Shown here piece after piece: positions 48,916 through 60,300 of a DNA stretch of 64,000 bases. Source of the DNA: Promethearchaeota archaeon (GTDB lineage Archaea; Asgardarchaeota; Hermodarchaeia; Hermodarchaeales; Hermodarchaeaceae); the NCBI GenBank assembly GCA_048938385.1, contig JBHLMG010000001.1, positions 96,001 to 160,000 on the forward strand, in the 5' to 3' direction. The notes under the pieces are model-generated. The model was given only the letters and a program-made list of their open reading frames with translations, searched no databases and had not been told where the DNA came from. The translations under genes were made by a program, and so were the position numbers. How positions within the stretch are numbered: the stretch's first letter is position 1; every line of letters begins with the position of its first letter.

Positions 48916-49339
48916 ATCCTATTGTCAATGTTGTCGGTAATTTCCGTCTTAAAATGGCTACTTCGGGTGAATAAATAATTCTCGGTAAATTACATTCACG
49001 CCACATTGAATAAGACTTCTCAATTTTTCCTAAGATCTTAAAGACCGTAAATTGGTCTAGCTTCGAACCTCCTACAACATGTGCTCCCGGTCCCAAAGAG
49101 GTTCGTCGTAGCACCGTGAAGGGTAACTGGATTTGCTCATGAAGTTCCTGAGGGATTTGCGCGGCGAGAGTTTCGATTTCTTCACGACGAACGGCACTTC
49201 GTTGCCCATCCCTGGTTGTGAATGCTGGGGCTTTTTCGGAGAGAAGTTGGGATAGGGTCTTCTTAGACCGCGGCATATGCTCATTTAACTGAGCAATTTC
49301 TTTTTCCAAGGCTGATAAAAAACCAGTATATTTTTTCAT
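48905..49339 (-). CDS. DUF61 (UPF0216) family protein
   Basis: LNEHMPRSKKTL.QLL.E..P...TRDG......EEI..L, LP, LRRKLPTT. Confidence 0.8.
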   Translation of the reverse strand: MKKYTGFLSALEKEIAQLNEHMPRSKKTLSQLLSEKAPAFTTRDGQRSAVRREEIETLAAQIPQELHEQIQLPFTVLRRTSLGPGAHVVGGSKLDQFTVFKILGKIEKSYSMWRECNLPRIIYSPEVAILRRKLPTTLTIGFGT

Positions 49340-49342
49340 AGT

Positions 49343-50038
49343 TCAACCTTCACCGTAAATGGCGCTTATGAAGATATGATCAGCTGAGTACGGGTTCAGG
49401 GTAATACGATCGACGATGGTGAATCCTGACTGGGTGAGAATTTTCTCTTCGCGTTGGAAAATTTGTTTTGGTTTGGCCGCAACATCTATGCTTCGCGCTT
49501 TAATGGCAAGATAGATCGCACCACCCGGCTTGAGATACCGTTGTGCGTTTTTTACCAGTATTTTGGCTTGGTGTGGCTGTGCTACATCTTGGTATATGAC
49601 ATCTACGAGCTGAGGGATGATCAAATACGATTCAGGATACCGGGCATCTGCGAGAATAGGAATCATATTGTGCCGAGAAATACAGACTTGAACTAGATCT
49701 CTCAGTACGCGGGGTGCAAATTCAACGCAATATAGCATTCCTTTCGGGCCAATCAAGTCCGACACATGGCTGGCCGTTGTTCCAGACGAAGCGCCAAGGT
49801 ATAGCACAGAAATTCCGGGTGTAATAGCAAACGCCGCTAAGCCTCGGAGTAAGGCCGCTGAGAATTTACTCCGGTAAGGATCCCACACCCTAAATTCTTG
49901 CTCCTTTTGCTGAATTACTCGCTCACCATATACCGTAGCACCCATGGCTAGATTTCTAGTGGCAGGGCGTTTAGAGCCTTCATCCAACTTCGCCCAATAG
50001 AGGCCGGGTCGTTTCTCATCTTCAATGATTCTTACCAT
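49343..50038 (-). CDS. flpA: Fibrillarin (box C/D 2'-O-methyltransferase)
   Basis: VYGER, WDPYRSK, VLYLGASSGTTASHVSD, VEFAPR, ADARYP, YQDVAQP.QA, IKARSID. Confidence 0.96.
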   Translation of the reverse strand: MVRIIEDEKRPGLYWAKLDEGSKRPATRNLAMGATVYGERVIQQKEQEFRVWDPYRSKFSAALLRGLAAFAITPGISVLYLGASSGTTASHVSDLIGPKGMLYCVEFAPRVLRDLVQVCISRHNMIPILADARYPESYLIIPQLVDVIYQDVAQPHQAKILVKNAQRYLKPGGAIYLAIKARSIDVAAKPKQIFQREEKILTQSGFTIVDRITLNPYSADHIFISAIYGEG

Positions 50039-50043
50039 GTTTG

Positions 50044-51276
50044 TTACCGCCTTTTGCTTCTGGATGTTTTTGGTGAATGAGATTTTCGATGCTTCTTACC
50101 TGGTTTTCGGTGTGAAGTTTTCTTTGGGGGTTTCGAAACGGTCTTTGGCGCTGTGGGGTATTTGCGTTTTACTTCACCAATTCGTAATTGTACATTCTGC
50201 TTGAGTTGTTCTGCAACATATTCACCAGAGTACAAATCAATCCTTGCGGCAATAGCAATTTTACCAGCAAGGATTCGCGCAATTTTTCCACGTTGCCACC
50301 ACGGAGCAGAGTGGATTGGAGTATATTGGAAAATAATTCCATGTTTTGGCGGCTTAGCTCCGGTTTTCAAGGCTCGAAAGAGGGCTTGCTCAGCTCCAAG
50401 GACTTGAACAGTGCTTGCAGGAAGCCGTGCTAGTTTATCTAATCCCCCTGCAAGTGCAATGAGCCTTGCCCCAATCATTGGACCAATTAGTCCGCGTAAG
50501 TTCGGAGCTATTTCCCGCATCACTTCATCTAGGTATTTTTCTAGATGATCTCGAAATACCTGCAATTCAAGATACTGGCGTGCTAACCCCTGAATCATCA
50601 TCATATCTTGATCAGGGAGATCAGCTCCCATCGACTTGTCTAATAGTTCAGGATTCACATGAGATTCGAGTAGTACCTTTCGAAGATCCTCGTCTTTGCC
50701 AATATCCTCTCGATGACCCCCCTCGGCAACAATTCGAGCCAGAGACTGGGCGTTTTCAATTTTATGCGAAGCTTCGGGAAAGTGTAATCCATACCATTCG
50801 CGCAGTCGAGAGACCATTAGGTTTTGAACTTTTTCTACATCATCAAGTGAACTCATTGCCTGGATTACTAATTGGTCGCCTTTTTGAGACACTTCGCGAA
50901 TCGCTCGGCGAGATAGTTCTACTGCAACTTCATGAAGCTCTCGCTGTTTCTCCGGGGTTAAATTGATGCCAGTAAATTCTTGGCGAATTCGCCGCCAAAC
51001 TGCCACATCTTCGTAATGGAGCGCCTTTACACCATAGATGCTGGTAATGTCATCCGCTAGCGATTTCGCTTCTACAAAGAACTTCTCCAGACCTTTTTCG
51101 TTCAGCTGTTGTATAAATTCCGCAATTGCTTGATCTTTAGTACCTTGACGAATCCGATTAAGGGTGAGAGTTATTTCTTCAATAGTCTCACCCAAGGGAA
51201 GCCTCGCAATAATGGAAAAGCGTTCGTCGAGGCAGTATAGTTCAGAGGTACCCCAAACCAGAAATCCATTCATCAA
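50044..51276 (-). CDS. nop5: Box C/D RNP protein Nop5 (Nop56/58)
   Basis: RLREWYGLHFPE, APNL..LIG...GARLIALAG, PASTVQVLGAE.ALF, PPKHGIIFQ, RGKIAR; basic tail. Confidence 0.96.
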   Translation of the reverse strand: MMNGFLVWGTSELYCLDERFSIIARLPLGETIEEITLTLNRIRQGTKDQAIAEFIQQLNEKGLEKFFVEAKSLADDITSIYGVKALHYEDVAVWRRIRQEFTGINLTPEKQRELHEVAVELSRRAIREVSQKGDQLVIQAMSSLDDVEKVQNLMVSRLREWYGLHFPEASHKIENAQSLARIVAEGGHREDIGKDEDLRKVLLESHVNPELLDKSMGADLPDQDMMMIQGLARQYLELQVFRDHLEKYLDEVMREIAPNLRGLIGPMIGARLIALAGGLDKLARLPASTVQVLGAEQALFRALKTGAKPPKHGIIFQYTPIHSAPWWQRGKIARILAGKIAIAARIDLYSGEYVAEQLKQNVQLRIGEVKRKYPTAPKTVSKPPKKTSHRKPGKKHRKSHSPKTSRSKRR

Positions 51277-51422
51277 TTTTCACCTACATGGATACTGCCT
51301 ACCAGGCTAAACAGGTGGTAAAAAGATTCCTAATTGCAGAGGCGTATTCAACGCCTTCTCAAGGTCTTATCAGATGGAAATCCTTAAAGGTTAAGATGCA
51401 AACAGCCAGGCAGTGAAAGTAA

Positions 51423-51596
51423 ATGCCAGGGTCACACGGATCACTTACCAAAGCCGGCAAAGTCCGAAGCCAAACACCTAAAGTACAGGGTAGAGTTCGT
51501 GAAACTCCAATCCCCAGAATACGCAACCGCCGGAATTATGCAAAACGCATTCTTAAAGGAACACCTGCTGGACAGCCAAAAGCTGTTCGAAGGTAA
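51423..51596 (+). CDS. rps30e: 30S ribosomal protein S30e (absent from the ORF track)
   Basis: MPGSHGSLTKAGKVRSQTPKV...PIPRIRNRRNYAKR, 57 aa. Confidence 0.93.
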   Translation: MPGSHGSLTKAGKVRSQTPKVQGRVRETPIPRIRNRRNYAKRILKGTPAGQPKAVRR

Positions 51597-51674
51597 TCAA
51601 CTAGCCTCGGTTAGAGGTTGGTTATCAAGATAACACTTTTCACACCCTAATAATTTGGAATAGGTGGATGTAGG

Positions 51675-53258
51675 GTGCGCCGAGTTTCACAGGAAATCCT
51701 TCAAGCAGTATTAGCAGGTCAAATTCGTAGCAAAGATGATCTCCAACGCATGAAACGAAAACTCTGCCGAAAGTACAAGTTGTCACGCTTTCCCTCTGAT
51801 GTTGAAATTCTTGGATACGCCAGCGAGGACGAAAAACAAAAGGTTAACGCACTTCTACGGAAGAAACCAACCCGCAGTCTCTCTGGCGTAGTCATTGTGG
51901 CTGTAATGACCGAACCCATGAAGTGCCCTGGCCAATGCATCTATTGCCCAACAAACTTACCCACCGCGCCTAAGGCATATGTTGGCGAAGAACCTGCGAC
52001 TCTTCGTGCACAACAAAACCAATATGATCCCTATCTTCAAGTAAAAAGCCGATTAGAACAGCTGCAAGCCATGGGTCATAGTACGGAGAAAGTCGAGCTT
52101 ATCGTGATGGGTGGAACTTTTCTCTCTGCACCTCCAGACTATCAAATTAACTTTGTTAAAAGAAGCCTTGATGCGATGATTGGGTCCGATACCAAAACTC
52201 TCACGGAGGCAATACAATTAGCTGAAAGGAGCGTAACACGACCTGTCGGGATAACAATTGAAACACGACCCGATTACTGCCAGAGAGAGCACATTGATTC
52301 AATGCTTGCGTTCGGTACCACACGCGTTGAACTAGGAGTCCAAACGATTTACGATGATATTTATTCCAAGGTCTCTCGAGGCCATAAGGTATCTGATGTT
52401 ATCGCTGCGACTCAAGCCGCGAAAGATGCTGGATTGAAAGTATGTTATCATGTAATGCCTGGATTACCTGGTTCTACACCGAAACGGGATAAACAAGTTT
52501 TCAAAGATCTTTTTCAGCGAAGTGAATTTTGCCCGGATATGCTCAAAATCTATCCTTGCCTTGTGCTTAGAGGCAGCGATCTCTTCGATATGTGGAGAAA
52601 GGGTGAATATGAACCCTATACTACAGAAGAAATTGTAGACCTGCTCGCTGATATTACGCCTTTTCTTCCTCCTTGGGTACGAATCCAGCGTATGCAACGA
52701 GACATACCCAAACACCTCATCGTTGCAGGGCCCAACGCAGGAAACTTAACGCAATTAGTCTTTCAACAAGCAGAAGAAAAGGGGTATGAACTACAAACCA
52801 TCCGGCGCCGAGAAGTAGGATACAAACAACGGTCTAGTCAAGAAATATTACACGACGCTCCCAACATCAAAAACCTTGAACTTCAAGTAACAGAATATTC
52901 GGCTTCAAACGGCACAGAACTCTTCATTGCTTTTGATGACATCGAATCAGACACTCTAATCGGTTATCTACGCCTACGGCTTCCCAGTAACGATGCTCAC
53001 CGTTCAGAAATAAATTCATACGACTCAGCGCTCATTCGAGAATTACATGTGTATGGATTATCAGTGGATCTTGGAAAACTTCAAGATGAAGCCTGGCAAC
53101 ATCGAGGCGTAGGTTCCAAACTCCTATCCATTGCTGAAAATCTTGCCCTCGAAAAGGGGCGGAATCATATGGTGTGTACCAGTGGCATCGGAGTTCGGCA
53201 ATACTATAAACGCCATGGGTACCAACATGATGGACCCTATATGGCAAAGCAGCTTTAG
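51675..53258 (+). CDS. elp3: Elp3 radical SAM/KAT tRNA U34 acetyltransferase
   Basis: KPTRSLSGV..VAVM, CPGQCIYCP, MGGTF, IETRPD, TRVELGVQ, RELHVYG, QHRGVG, SGIGVRQYY. Confidence 0.96.
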   Translation: MRRVSQEILQAVLAGQIRSKDDLQRMKRKLCRKYKLSRFPSDVEILGYASEDEKQKVNALLRKKPTRSLSGVVIVAVMTEPMKCPGQCIYCPTNLPTAPKAYVGEEPATLRAQQNQYDPYLQVKSRLEQLQAMGHSTEKVELIVMGGTFLSAPPDYQINFVKRSLDAMIGSDTKTLTEAIQLAERSVTRPVGITIETRPDYCQREHIDSMLAFGTTRVELGVQTIYDDIYSKVSRGHKVSDVIAATQAAKDAGLKVCYHVMPGLPGSTPKRDKQVFKDLFQRSEFCPDMLKIYPCLVLRGSDLFDMWRKGEYEPYTTEEIVDLLADITPFLPPWVRIQRMQRDIPKHLIVAGPNAGNLTQLVFQQAEEKGYELQTIRRREVGYKQRSSQEILHDAPNIKNLELQVTEYSASNGTELFIAFDDIESDTLIGYLRLRLPSNDAHRSEINSYDSALIRELHVYGLSVDLGKLQDEAWQHRGVGSKLLSIAENLALEKGRNHMVCTSGIGVRQYYKRHGYQHDGPYMAKQL

Positions 53259-53318
53259 AGGTCCATAACAAGAAAGTTTAAGCAATCACGAACCACTTCA
53301 TCTGAGGGGCTTATACTC

Positions 53319-55151
53319 GTGTGCGGAATCACAGGGGCCATTCACATTACAAGAACCGTCGCACCTTTTCTACGAGAGTCCCTAAAACGATTAGAATATC
53401 GAGGTTATGACTCAAGCGGGATCGCAACAGCATCGAAAGGCATGCTTTTCATTAAGAAAGATAAAGGCAAAATCGATGAGATTCATCAACGATTGAATTT
53501 TGACAACCTTCCAGGAGTAATTGGCATAGGTCATACGCGTTGGGCAACACATGGTGCCCCCTCCAAGGACAATGCCCACCCTCATACAGATTGCCATAAC
53601 CAAATTGCAGTGGTTCATAACGGAATTATTGAGAACTATCAAGAGCTCCGTGAGCAACTAACCGACAATGGACATCACTTCATCTCTCAAACTGATACAG
53701 AAGTCGTTCCACATCTAATCGAAGATGCACTCACTGATTCTCCCCACCTTGATCAAGCCGTAGCCCAGGTATTACCGAAATTAGAAGGCAGCTATGCTCT
53801 TGTAGTGCTGAAAGCCCAAGGGAATGAACTAGTATGCGCCCGAAAAGAAAGCCCCCTTGTGATTGGACTAGGTAACAATGGTATTTACTGCGCTTCTGAT
53901 GTTCCTGCTTTCTTACCCAAGACTCGAAAAACCCTAATCCTCGAAGACAACGAACTAGCTCATCTAACTATCCAAGGAGCTCTTCTCAGCCGGTTCACTG
54001 ACACCGGTACACTCTCTCAGGTACCCTTGCGTTCACCGATCGAAGTTCAATGGACTATTGAAATGGCCCAAAAAGGTGGCTACCCACACTTTATGCTGAA
54101 GGAAATCCATGAGCAACCTCGTGCACTCCGTGACACGCTCCGAATTCGCTCCAGTGCTTTCGAAAACTTTGCAGAAATCTTACATAACCACAGGAACATC
54201 TTACTAATAGCAGCAGGCACATCCTATCACGCCACCCTTGCCGCCAAATACATGTTCTCACAGATATCTAATCGTCTAGTCCACAGTGTCATCGCTTCTG
54301 AAGGAACCGCTACAACTGCCACTAGCCTTGGAGAGGACACAGCGGTCCTAGCTGTGACGCAATCAGGAGAAACAATCGATACGCTTCATGCAGTTAAACA
54401 CCTCAAACAACAAGGTAGCACCATATTAGCACTCACAAACACCGTTGGAAGCTCAATTACACGACTTGCAGATAATGTTCTCTATACTCAAGCAGGACCT
54501 GAAATAGGCGTTGCGGCAACTAAAACCTTCGCGACCCAACTGGCTTCTATCTCCTCCCTTTCCATTCATCTAGGTGCTCTTGCAGGAATTCAAAAGAAAT
54601 CAGAACAAAAACAATTGCAGGATGCCTTGAATCAATTTCCAGCACTAATTGAGTCAGTTATCCGTAATCAAGAAAGTATGATTAAAGCAGTTGCGCAACA
54701 ATACATCACGAAATCCAATTTCTTCTTCCTAGGCAGGGGAATTAGCACAGCAACAGCATTAGAAGGCGCCTTGAAGATCAAAGAAATCGCTTATGTGCAC
54801 GCAGAGGGATATCCTGCTGGCGAATCCAAACACGGCCCCATCGCCCTCGTAGAACCAGGCTTCCCCGTAATTTTTATTGCACCTCATGATACTACTCGTC
54901 AACACCTTGAAGGAAACATCATGGAAATGAAGGCCCGTGGTGCTCAAATCATATCACTGTGTTCTACTGAAGACAAAGCCATCCTTGCCCTCAGCGATCA
55001 AGCAATCCCGCTCCCTTCCCTACCATCCCATTACTTTTCACCCATTTGCTATGTAGTCCCTCTCCAACTCCTAGCATACTATGCTGCAATTTTGCGTGGG
55101 CACAACCCCGATCAGCCACGGAATCTAGCAAAGGCTGTTACAGTCCTTTAA
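53319..55151 (+). CDS. glmS: Glutamine--fructose-6-phosphate aminotransferase
   Basis: CGI N-terminus, LEYRGYDSSG, GHTRWATHG, QSGETIDT, EGALKIKEI, KHGPIAL, PRNLAKAVTV. Confidence 0.97.
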   Translation: MCGITGAIHITRTVAPFLRESLKRLEYRGYDSSGIATASKGMLFIKKDKGKIDEIHQRLNFDNLPGVIGIGHTRWATHGAPSKDNAHPHTDCHNQIAVVHNGIIENYQELREQLTDNGHHFISQTDTEVVPHLIEDALTDSPHLDQAVAQVLPKLEGSYALVVLKAQGNELVCARKESPLVIGLGNNGIYCASDVPAFLPKTRKTLILEDNELAHLTIQGALLSRFTDTGTLSQVPLRSPIEVQWTIEMAQKGGYPHFMLKEIHEQPRALRDTLRIRSSAFENFAEILHNHRNILLIAAGTSYHATLAAKYMFSQISNRLVHSVIASEGTATTATSLGEDTAVLAVTQSGETIDTLHAVKHLKQQGSTILALTNTVGSSITRLADNVLYTQAGPEIGVAATKTFATQLASISSLSIHLGALAGIQKKSEQKQLQDALNQFPALIESVIRNQESMIKAVAQQYITKSNFFFLGRGISTATALEGALKIKEIAYVHAEGYPAGESKHGPIALVEPGFPVIFIAPHDTTRQHLEGNIMEMKARGAQIISLCSTEDKAILALSDQAIPLPSLPSHYFSPICYVVPLQLLAYYAAILRGHNPDQPRNLAKAVTVL

Positions 55152-55211
55152 GCCGAAAATTTAAAGCATCCGGTGGTTACATCCCAATCAGGAACACGCC
55201 CCTGGTGAACA

Positions 55212-55445
55212 ATGGTGGCTCGCTGCCCAGAATGCGCAGGAACAATGCGCTTCGATCCGAAATCCAATCGTCAAGTATGTCAACGTTGTGGGCTCGCCGT
55301 TTCCCGAGCCGAGCTCGACCGATTATGGGACGAACAACGCTCTTCTTATCGTCAAGAAGACGAAGAGCGGGAGAAGTCTCAGCGACGCCGTGACTACCTT
55401 GACTGGTGGTTAGGAAAGAAAGAGAAAGATAAACGAAAACGCTAG
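55212..55445 (+). CDS. Small zinc-ribbon protein
   Basis: CPECAG...CQRCG followed by a charged helix; ATG after GGTGA SD. Confidence 0.7.
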   Translation: MVARCPECAGTMRFDPKSNRQVCQRCGLAVSRAELDRLWDEQRSSYRQEDEEREKSQRRRDYLDWWLGKKEKDKRKR

Positions 55446-55574
55446 CGGACTCCCAAGTCCATTCAACGCTAGTAACTTTTACGCTAGAGTGGAAAATCCT
55501 TTTATGGGCGGCAACTTCTGTTCGTGCAGTGAAGCGGCTAGCCTTCTCAGAATCAATCCTTTGAGGGTGTACAC

Positions 55575-56783
55575 TTGGGCGAGAATATCATCGAAAAGGC
55601 GTTATTGGGCGCGTCGGTCTTCAAAAACGAAGAGACCCTTCATCCTGCCTTTATACCTCCTGAACTACCCAACCGTCAAGACCAGTTAGTTCGGTTAGGA
55701 CACGATTTCAAACCCTTACTGAATACAGAGGGAGCATACGCGGTTAATGTTGCAGTAGTCGGGAAGCCAGGAACCGGAAAAACTGTGTCTATTCGCTACT
55801 TTGGACGCGGATTAGAAAAAGCCGCTGCAAAACGCGGTATCAAAGTACGATTTGAATACTACGACTGCTTCATGTTCCGAACAAAAAGTGCAATTTTAAG
55901 AGATCTACTCACTGAACGCTTCAAAGTTACTAGTCGTGGATTCTCGGATGAAGAAATCACAACTATGATCCACCGGCGTCTATCTCGAGAAAACATCCGA
56001 CTTGTACTATGCCTCGATGAAGCCTATATTTTGGGGCAAGATCTCCTCAGCATCATTCACGCAAGCGAAGTAGCAAAACATGGTCAAGCGTACATTTCTA
56101 CGCTGATCGCTTGCCGTGTCGTCGATTGGCAAAACACGCTGAGTTTTCCTCTTTCAGGTCGTTTGCATGACCGCGTCGATATGCCTTCCTACACAGAAGA
56201 GGAACTTTTCGAAATCATGAAGTACCGTTCAGATCTTGCCTTCCACAAGGGCGTCGTCACGGACGAAATCCTGAAAATGGTGTCAAGCATTTCGGCTTCC
56301 ACACAAAATGCCAGGCACGGCATTGAAATGTTATATCTGGCTGGAAAAGCCGCAGACAGGACCGGTATTCGCCCCCTGGTCCCTGATTTGATACGAAGAG
56401 CAAAACAAGAAGTCTATTCTGAACTACGCTCAGATGTGCTCTATGGGCTACGAGATCAAGAAATCCTTGTTCTCGCCGCCATCTCCCGGAAACTTAAGCT
56501 GGAGAAATCCAGTTCAACTACTATTGCCAAGGTCTATGAGAACTACCAATTAATCTGTGAAGAATTAGGTGTGAAAAAGCAAGCCCTACCCACTTTTCGA
56601 AAGACAATCGATGCCTTAGTGTCACTCGGTATTCTCGGCAAAGTCGTTGAATCAATAAGCGACGGACGGCGCGGCCGGCGTGCACGCCTAACCCTGATGG
56701 ACATCCCGGTAGAAGTCTTTGATGAAAGAGTGAATGAAATATTACAGCGTCGTCGCTCAAAAGAAGAAGGCTACGATTTTTGA
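55575..56783 (+). CDS. cdc6: Orc1/Cdc6 replication initiator
   Basis: VFKNEETLHP.FIP..LPNR, GKPGTGKT, LCLDE, Y..EEL..I...R, C-terminal wHTH with GRRGR wing. Confidence 0.93.
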   Translation: MGENIIEKALLGASVFKNEETLHPAFIPPELPNRQDQLVRLGHDFKPLLNTEGAYAVNVAVVGKPGTGKTVSIRYFGRGLEKAAAKRGIKVRFEYYDCFMFRTKSAILRDLLTERFKVTSRGFSDEEITTMIHRRLSRENIRLVLCLDEAYILGQDLLSIIHASEVAKHGQAYISTLIACRVVDWQNTLSFPLSGRLHDRVDMPSYTEEELFEIMKYRSDLAFHKGVVTDEILKMVSSISASTQNARHGIEMLYLAGKAADRTGIRPLVPDLIRRAKQEVYSELRSDVLYGLRDQEILVLAAISRKLKLEKSSSTTIAKVYENYQLICEELGVKKQALPTFRKTIDALVSLGILGKVVESISDGRRGRRARLTLMDIPVEVFDERVNEILQRRRSKEEGYDF

Positions 56784-56804
56784 AAAAACGCAGGAGTTTG
56801 AAAA

Positions 56805-57362
56805 ATGGCAACCCAAAGTCTGAAAGAAGCGTTACGATTCCACTACAACAACTCATCGGTGACCGTTATCGCCCTAAAAGCCATTGACGAATTCACCATC
56901 CACGATACTAAATACGGCCCTATCGAAAAGGGGCGGGAATTTACAATTCCTCAGTGGGCGGCACATGAGTTACTTACAGCCAATCTGGTTCAACTCAAAG
57001 ACCCGTACATCAAAGTACCCCTACTTCAAAAAACACTCTGGCAGGAAACCGAGGATACTGCCCTTCAATCACTGACCCCTGATTTTTATCACCGCGTAAG
57101 AAGTTCAATTGAACAACTGGGGCAGTTGAACCAAAAGGAACCCAACGAAGTTCGGTTAGCAGCACAAACACGAATGGAGCAACTTTTCCGTGACTTAATA
57201 GCCAACCGGCTCCTTAAGCTTATGAAGATATCACTACGTGAAGAACGCCTACGCGAAACCAAGAAGAAAATGACCGGTGAGGAAAAGTGGCTCTTCGATC
57301 GGTTAGTCAACCTGTTACGAAATTGGCAAACGCAAGTGTTGGAGATTGAAGAAGGTGGCTGA
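56805..57362 (+). CDS. GINS subunit (Gins23/Psf2-Psf3-like)
   Basis: N-terminal B domain (IP.W.A..L), L..L..DFY, R..KL....., MT.EEK; directly upstream of mcm. Confidence 0.8.
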   Translation: MATQSLKEALRFHYNNSSVTVIALKAIDEFTIHDTKYGPIEKGREFTIPQWAAHELLTANLVQLKDPYIKVPLLQKTLWQETEDTALQSLTPDFYHRVRSSIEQLGQLNQKEPNEVRLAAQTRMEQLFRDLIANRLLKLMKISLREERLRETKKKMTGEEKWLFDRLVNLLRNWQTQVLEIEEGG

Positions 57363-60300
57363 AGAACTCGATTTAATCACACGATTTGAGGAATTCCTCA
57401 AAACCTACAAAACAGAAGAAGGAGACACCCCATACAACGACGCGATCGCGCGTTTAAGCCTCGAAGAAGCCATCTCCGTCCCCATCGACTTCAACCACCT
57501 CGTAACCTTTGACCCCGACCTCGCATCGGCCACACGAAGCCACCCCCAACAGGCCATCGACGCGGCATCAGCCGCCATTCGACGCATCCTTCAAGTCGTC
57601 GACCCCGATTACTACCAGACGATTGAAAAACCCCACGCCCGGTTCAAAGAAATTCCTGACCGCGTTTCAGTGCGTCTCATTCGCGCCGAACACATCGGAC
57701 AACTCATCATGGTCGACGCCCTCGTCACCCGGGTAAGCGACGTCAAACCCCTCCTGGTGGAAGGCGTCTTCCAATGCCGTCAATGCCAAGAAATCATCTA
57801 TGTCCAACAAACCCACCAATTCGTCCCTCCCCCCCTGTGCACCAACGAAGCCTGCCGCAGCAAAGGCCCCTTCGACCTCATCCCCGAACGATCGAAGTTC
57901 GTCGACTGGCAAAAAATCCGCCTCCAAGAAAAACCCGAAGAACTCCCCCCCGGCGCCCTCCCCCGCGCCCTCGACTGCATCCTCCAAGAAGACCTCGTCG
58001 ACATCGCCCGCCCCGGCGACCCCTGCCGCATCGTCGGCATCCTCCGCTCCACCCAAGACACCACCGCCCGCACCCGCCGCAAAGCCCCCACCTTCACCAG
58101 CTTCCTCGCCACCAACTACGTCGCCGTCTCCGAACGCGAAGCCGACCGCGTCGAAATCACCCCCAAAGAAGAAGAAACCATCCACGACCTCGCCCAAGAC
58201 CCCCTCATCCACCGCAAACTCGTCAACTCCATCGCCCCCTCCATCTACGGCCTCACCGACGAAAAAGAAGCCGTCAGCCTCCTCCTCTTCGGCGGCGTCC
58301 CCAAAACCCTCGCCGACGGCGTCAAAATCCGCGGCGACTCCAACATCCTCCTCGTAGGGGATCCCGGAACTGCTAAATCGCAGCTCCTTAAGTATGTAGC
58401 CCAGATTGCCCCCCGTGGACTGTACACCTCGGGAAAGGGTTCCACCGCCGCTGGCCTAACGGCGGCAGTGCTCCGAGATCCTGACACCGAGGGCTTCGCC
58501 CTCGAAGCGGGCGCCCTCGTCCTCGCCGATCGAGGAACAGCGTGTCTTCATCCAAGTTCTCGAGTCTTAGCGGACAACAAGCTATCTACAATAGAAGCGC
58601 TTTTTTCACAAACCACTCCAGCTACTGCAGTTTCTAATGGAGAAACAGTGATGGTTGGGCGGCTGGATGTTAAGGTTCCGTCGCTCACCAAGGATTTGGA
58701 TATGATCGAGTGTAAATCAACTTACATTCGGAAAAAGGCTGGTCCGAGTTCTTTACTTAAAATTTCAACTGAAACCGGGTTTTCTACGATAGTAACTCCT
58801 GACCACATGTTACTGGATGGAGCGTCATTAGAATGGAAGAAGGCTCAGGACTTTACAAAGGGGGAAAGTCTTGTTGCGCCCCTCAAGGTACCTGGATACA
58901 ATGACCCAGTCTATATCTTTGATTTAATCCCAGCTGACTGGATTGTTTGTCTTAATCAAGATGAGAAGACAGAATTACGGACTGAACTTTTCAAGCACTT
59001 CTCATCTCTCGCGAGCATAAATCGTTTCTTTGGACTACGAAGGGATGTCTTATCCGGACGATCGCAGATGAAAGTTGGGACCTTACACCGAATTCTCTCC
59101 CATCTTGGAATTTTCAACGAATGGAGGAAGCGAAAACTATCATTTGGACGAAAACAATCTGGTGAAAGACTCAAAGTCTCTGAAATCACGCCGGAATTAG
59201 CATACTTCCTCGGGTTTGTCTATGGAGATGGCTGGGACAGAATAAACAAGCGGCGGTCGTCTTTATCCGTTCACCAATCCTGGGTTAATCAGGAGCAAAT
59301 TCACCGTCTAATAGAATGCTATTCAACATTTTCCCGACGGTCACTTCGTAATTACCCTAGAACTTGTGAATCTGAAATTCGAGGGTCTGAAGTTCTCTGT
59401 CAATCAACTATCTTTACTGCGAATTCAAATCTTTTAGCACAAATTTACAATTACTTGTTAGCCAATGATCTATCAAATCTTCTTCAACTTCCTAATGACT
59501 CTTTAGCAGCTTTCATTGGAGGTATTATAGATTCTGATGGCTGCATCTCAATAAAATGTGATAGAAGAAGCGATTCTGATTACTACACTGCGCACATAGA
59601 TATTCAGTGTTCAAATAACTGGATTGAAAACCAATCTCTACTACTTTCGCTTAGACGATTTGATTGCTATGGTCGGCTCAAACCAGGTCGTGGAGTAATC
59701 CATGTCCAAATCACAGCAAGAGTTGATGTTGAAGCTCTACTGCACGCAATTAAGCCTTACAGTGTAAAAATAAAATTGCTTCCTAAATCTATTCGCACTA
59801 TTTCCAGTCTAAGTGATAGACTCCCGAGTAAGCCAATTGCTCAACTCGCTGAGCAAATCTCAACGATTAATACTGCCATGTTGGTTGAGAAAGGACTTTG
59901 GAGTACCATTTACAGTTACAAACATGAACGCTACGCGCCCAGCAGAGGGCAAGTAAAGAAAATCCAAACAATGCTAGACGACCATCTTTCCCCTGCTCAA
60001 CATGAACTAATCGACAACCTCCTGAAACGCGATTACTTCTTAGATCCTATTTCTTCTATAGAAGAAATCCCATATGATGGACCCGTTTACGACCTTCATG
60101 TTCCACAAACACACAACTTCACAGCAGACGGACTCATAACTCACAACTGCATTGATGAATTTGACAAGATGCGACCGCAAGATCGAACCGCGATACATGA
60201 GACGATGGAGCAGCATACTGTAAGTATAGCCAAGGCGGGGATTGTGGCGACGTTGAATGCGCGGACGGCGATTTTGGCCGCGGCGAATCCGAATTTGGGG

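Noticed and set aside
55446-55574. Replication origin upstream of cdc6 (AGAGTGGAAAAT resembles a mini-ORB)
   Set aside because: Single degenerate match, no repeats, no G-string or AT-rich unwinding element
57509-58376. Several long Pro/Arg/Ser/Gly-rich ORFs in alternative frames and strands
   Set aside because: Shadow ORFs: the extreme C/A codon bias of mcm removes stop codons from the other frames
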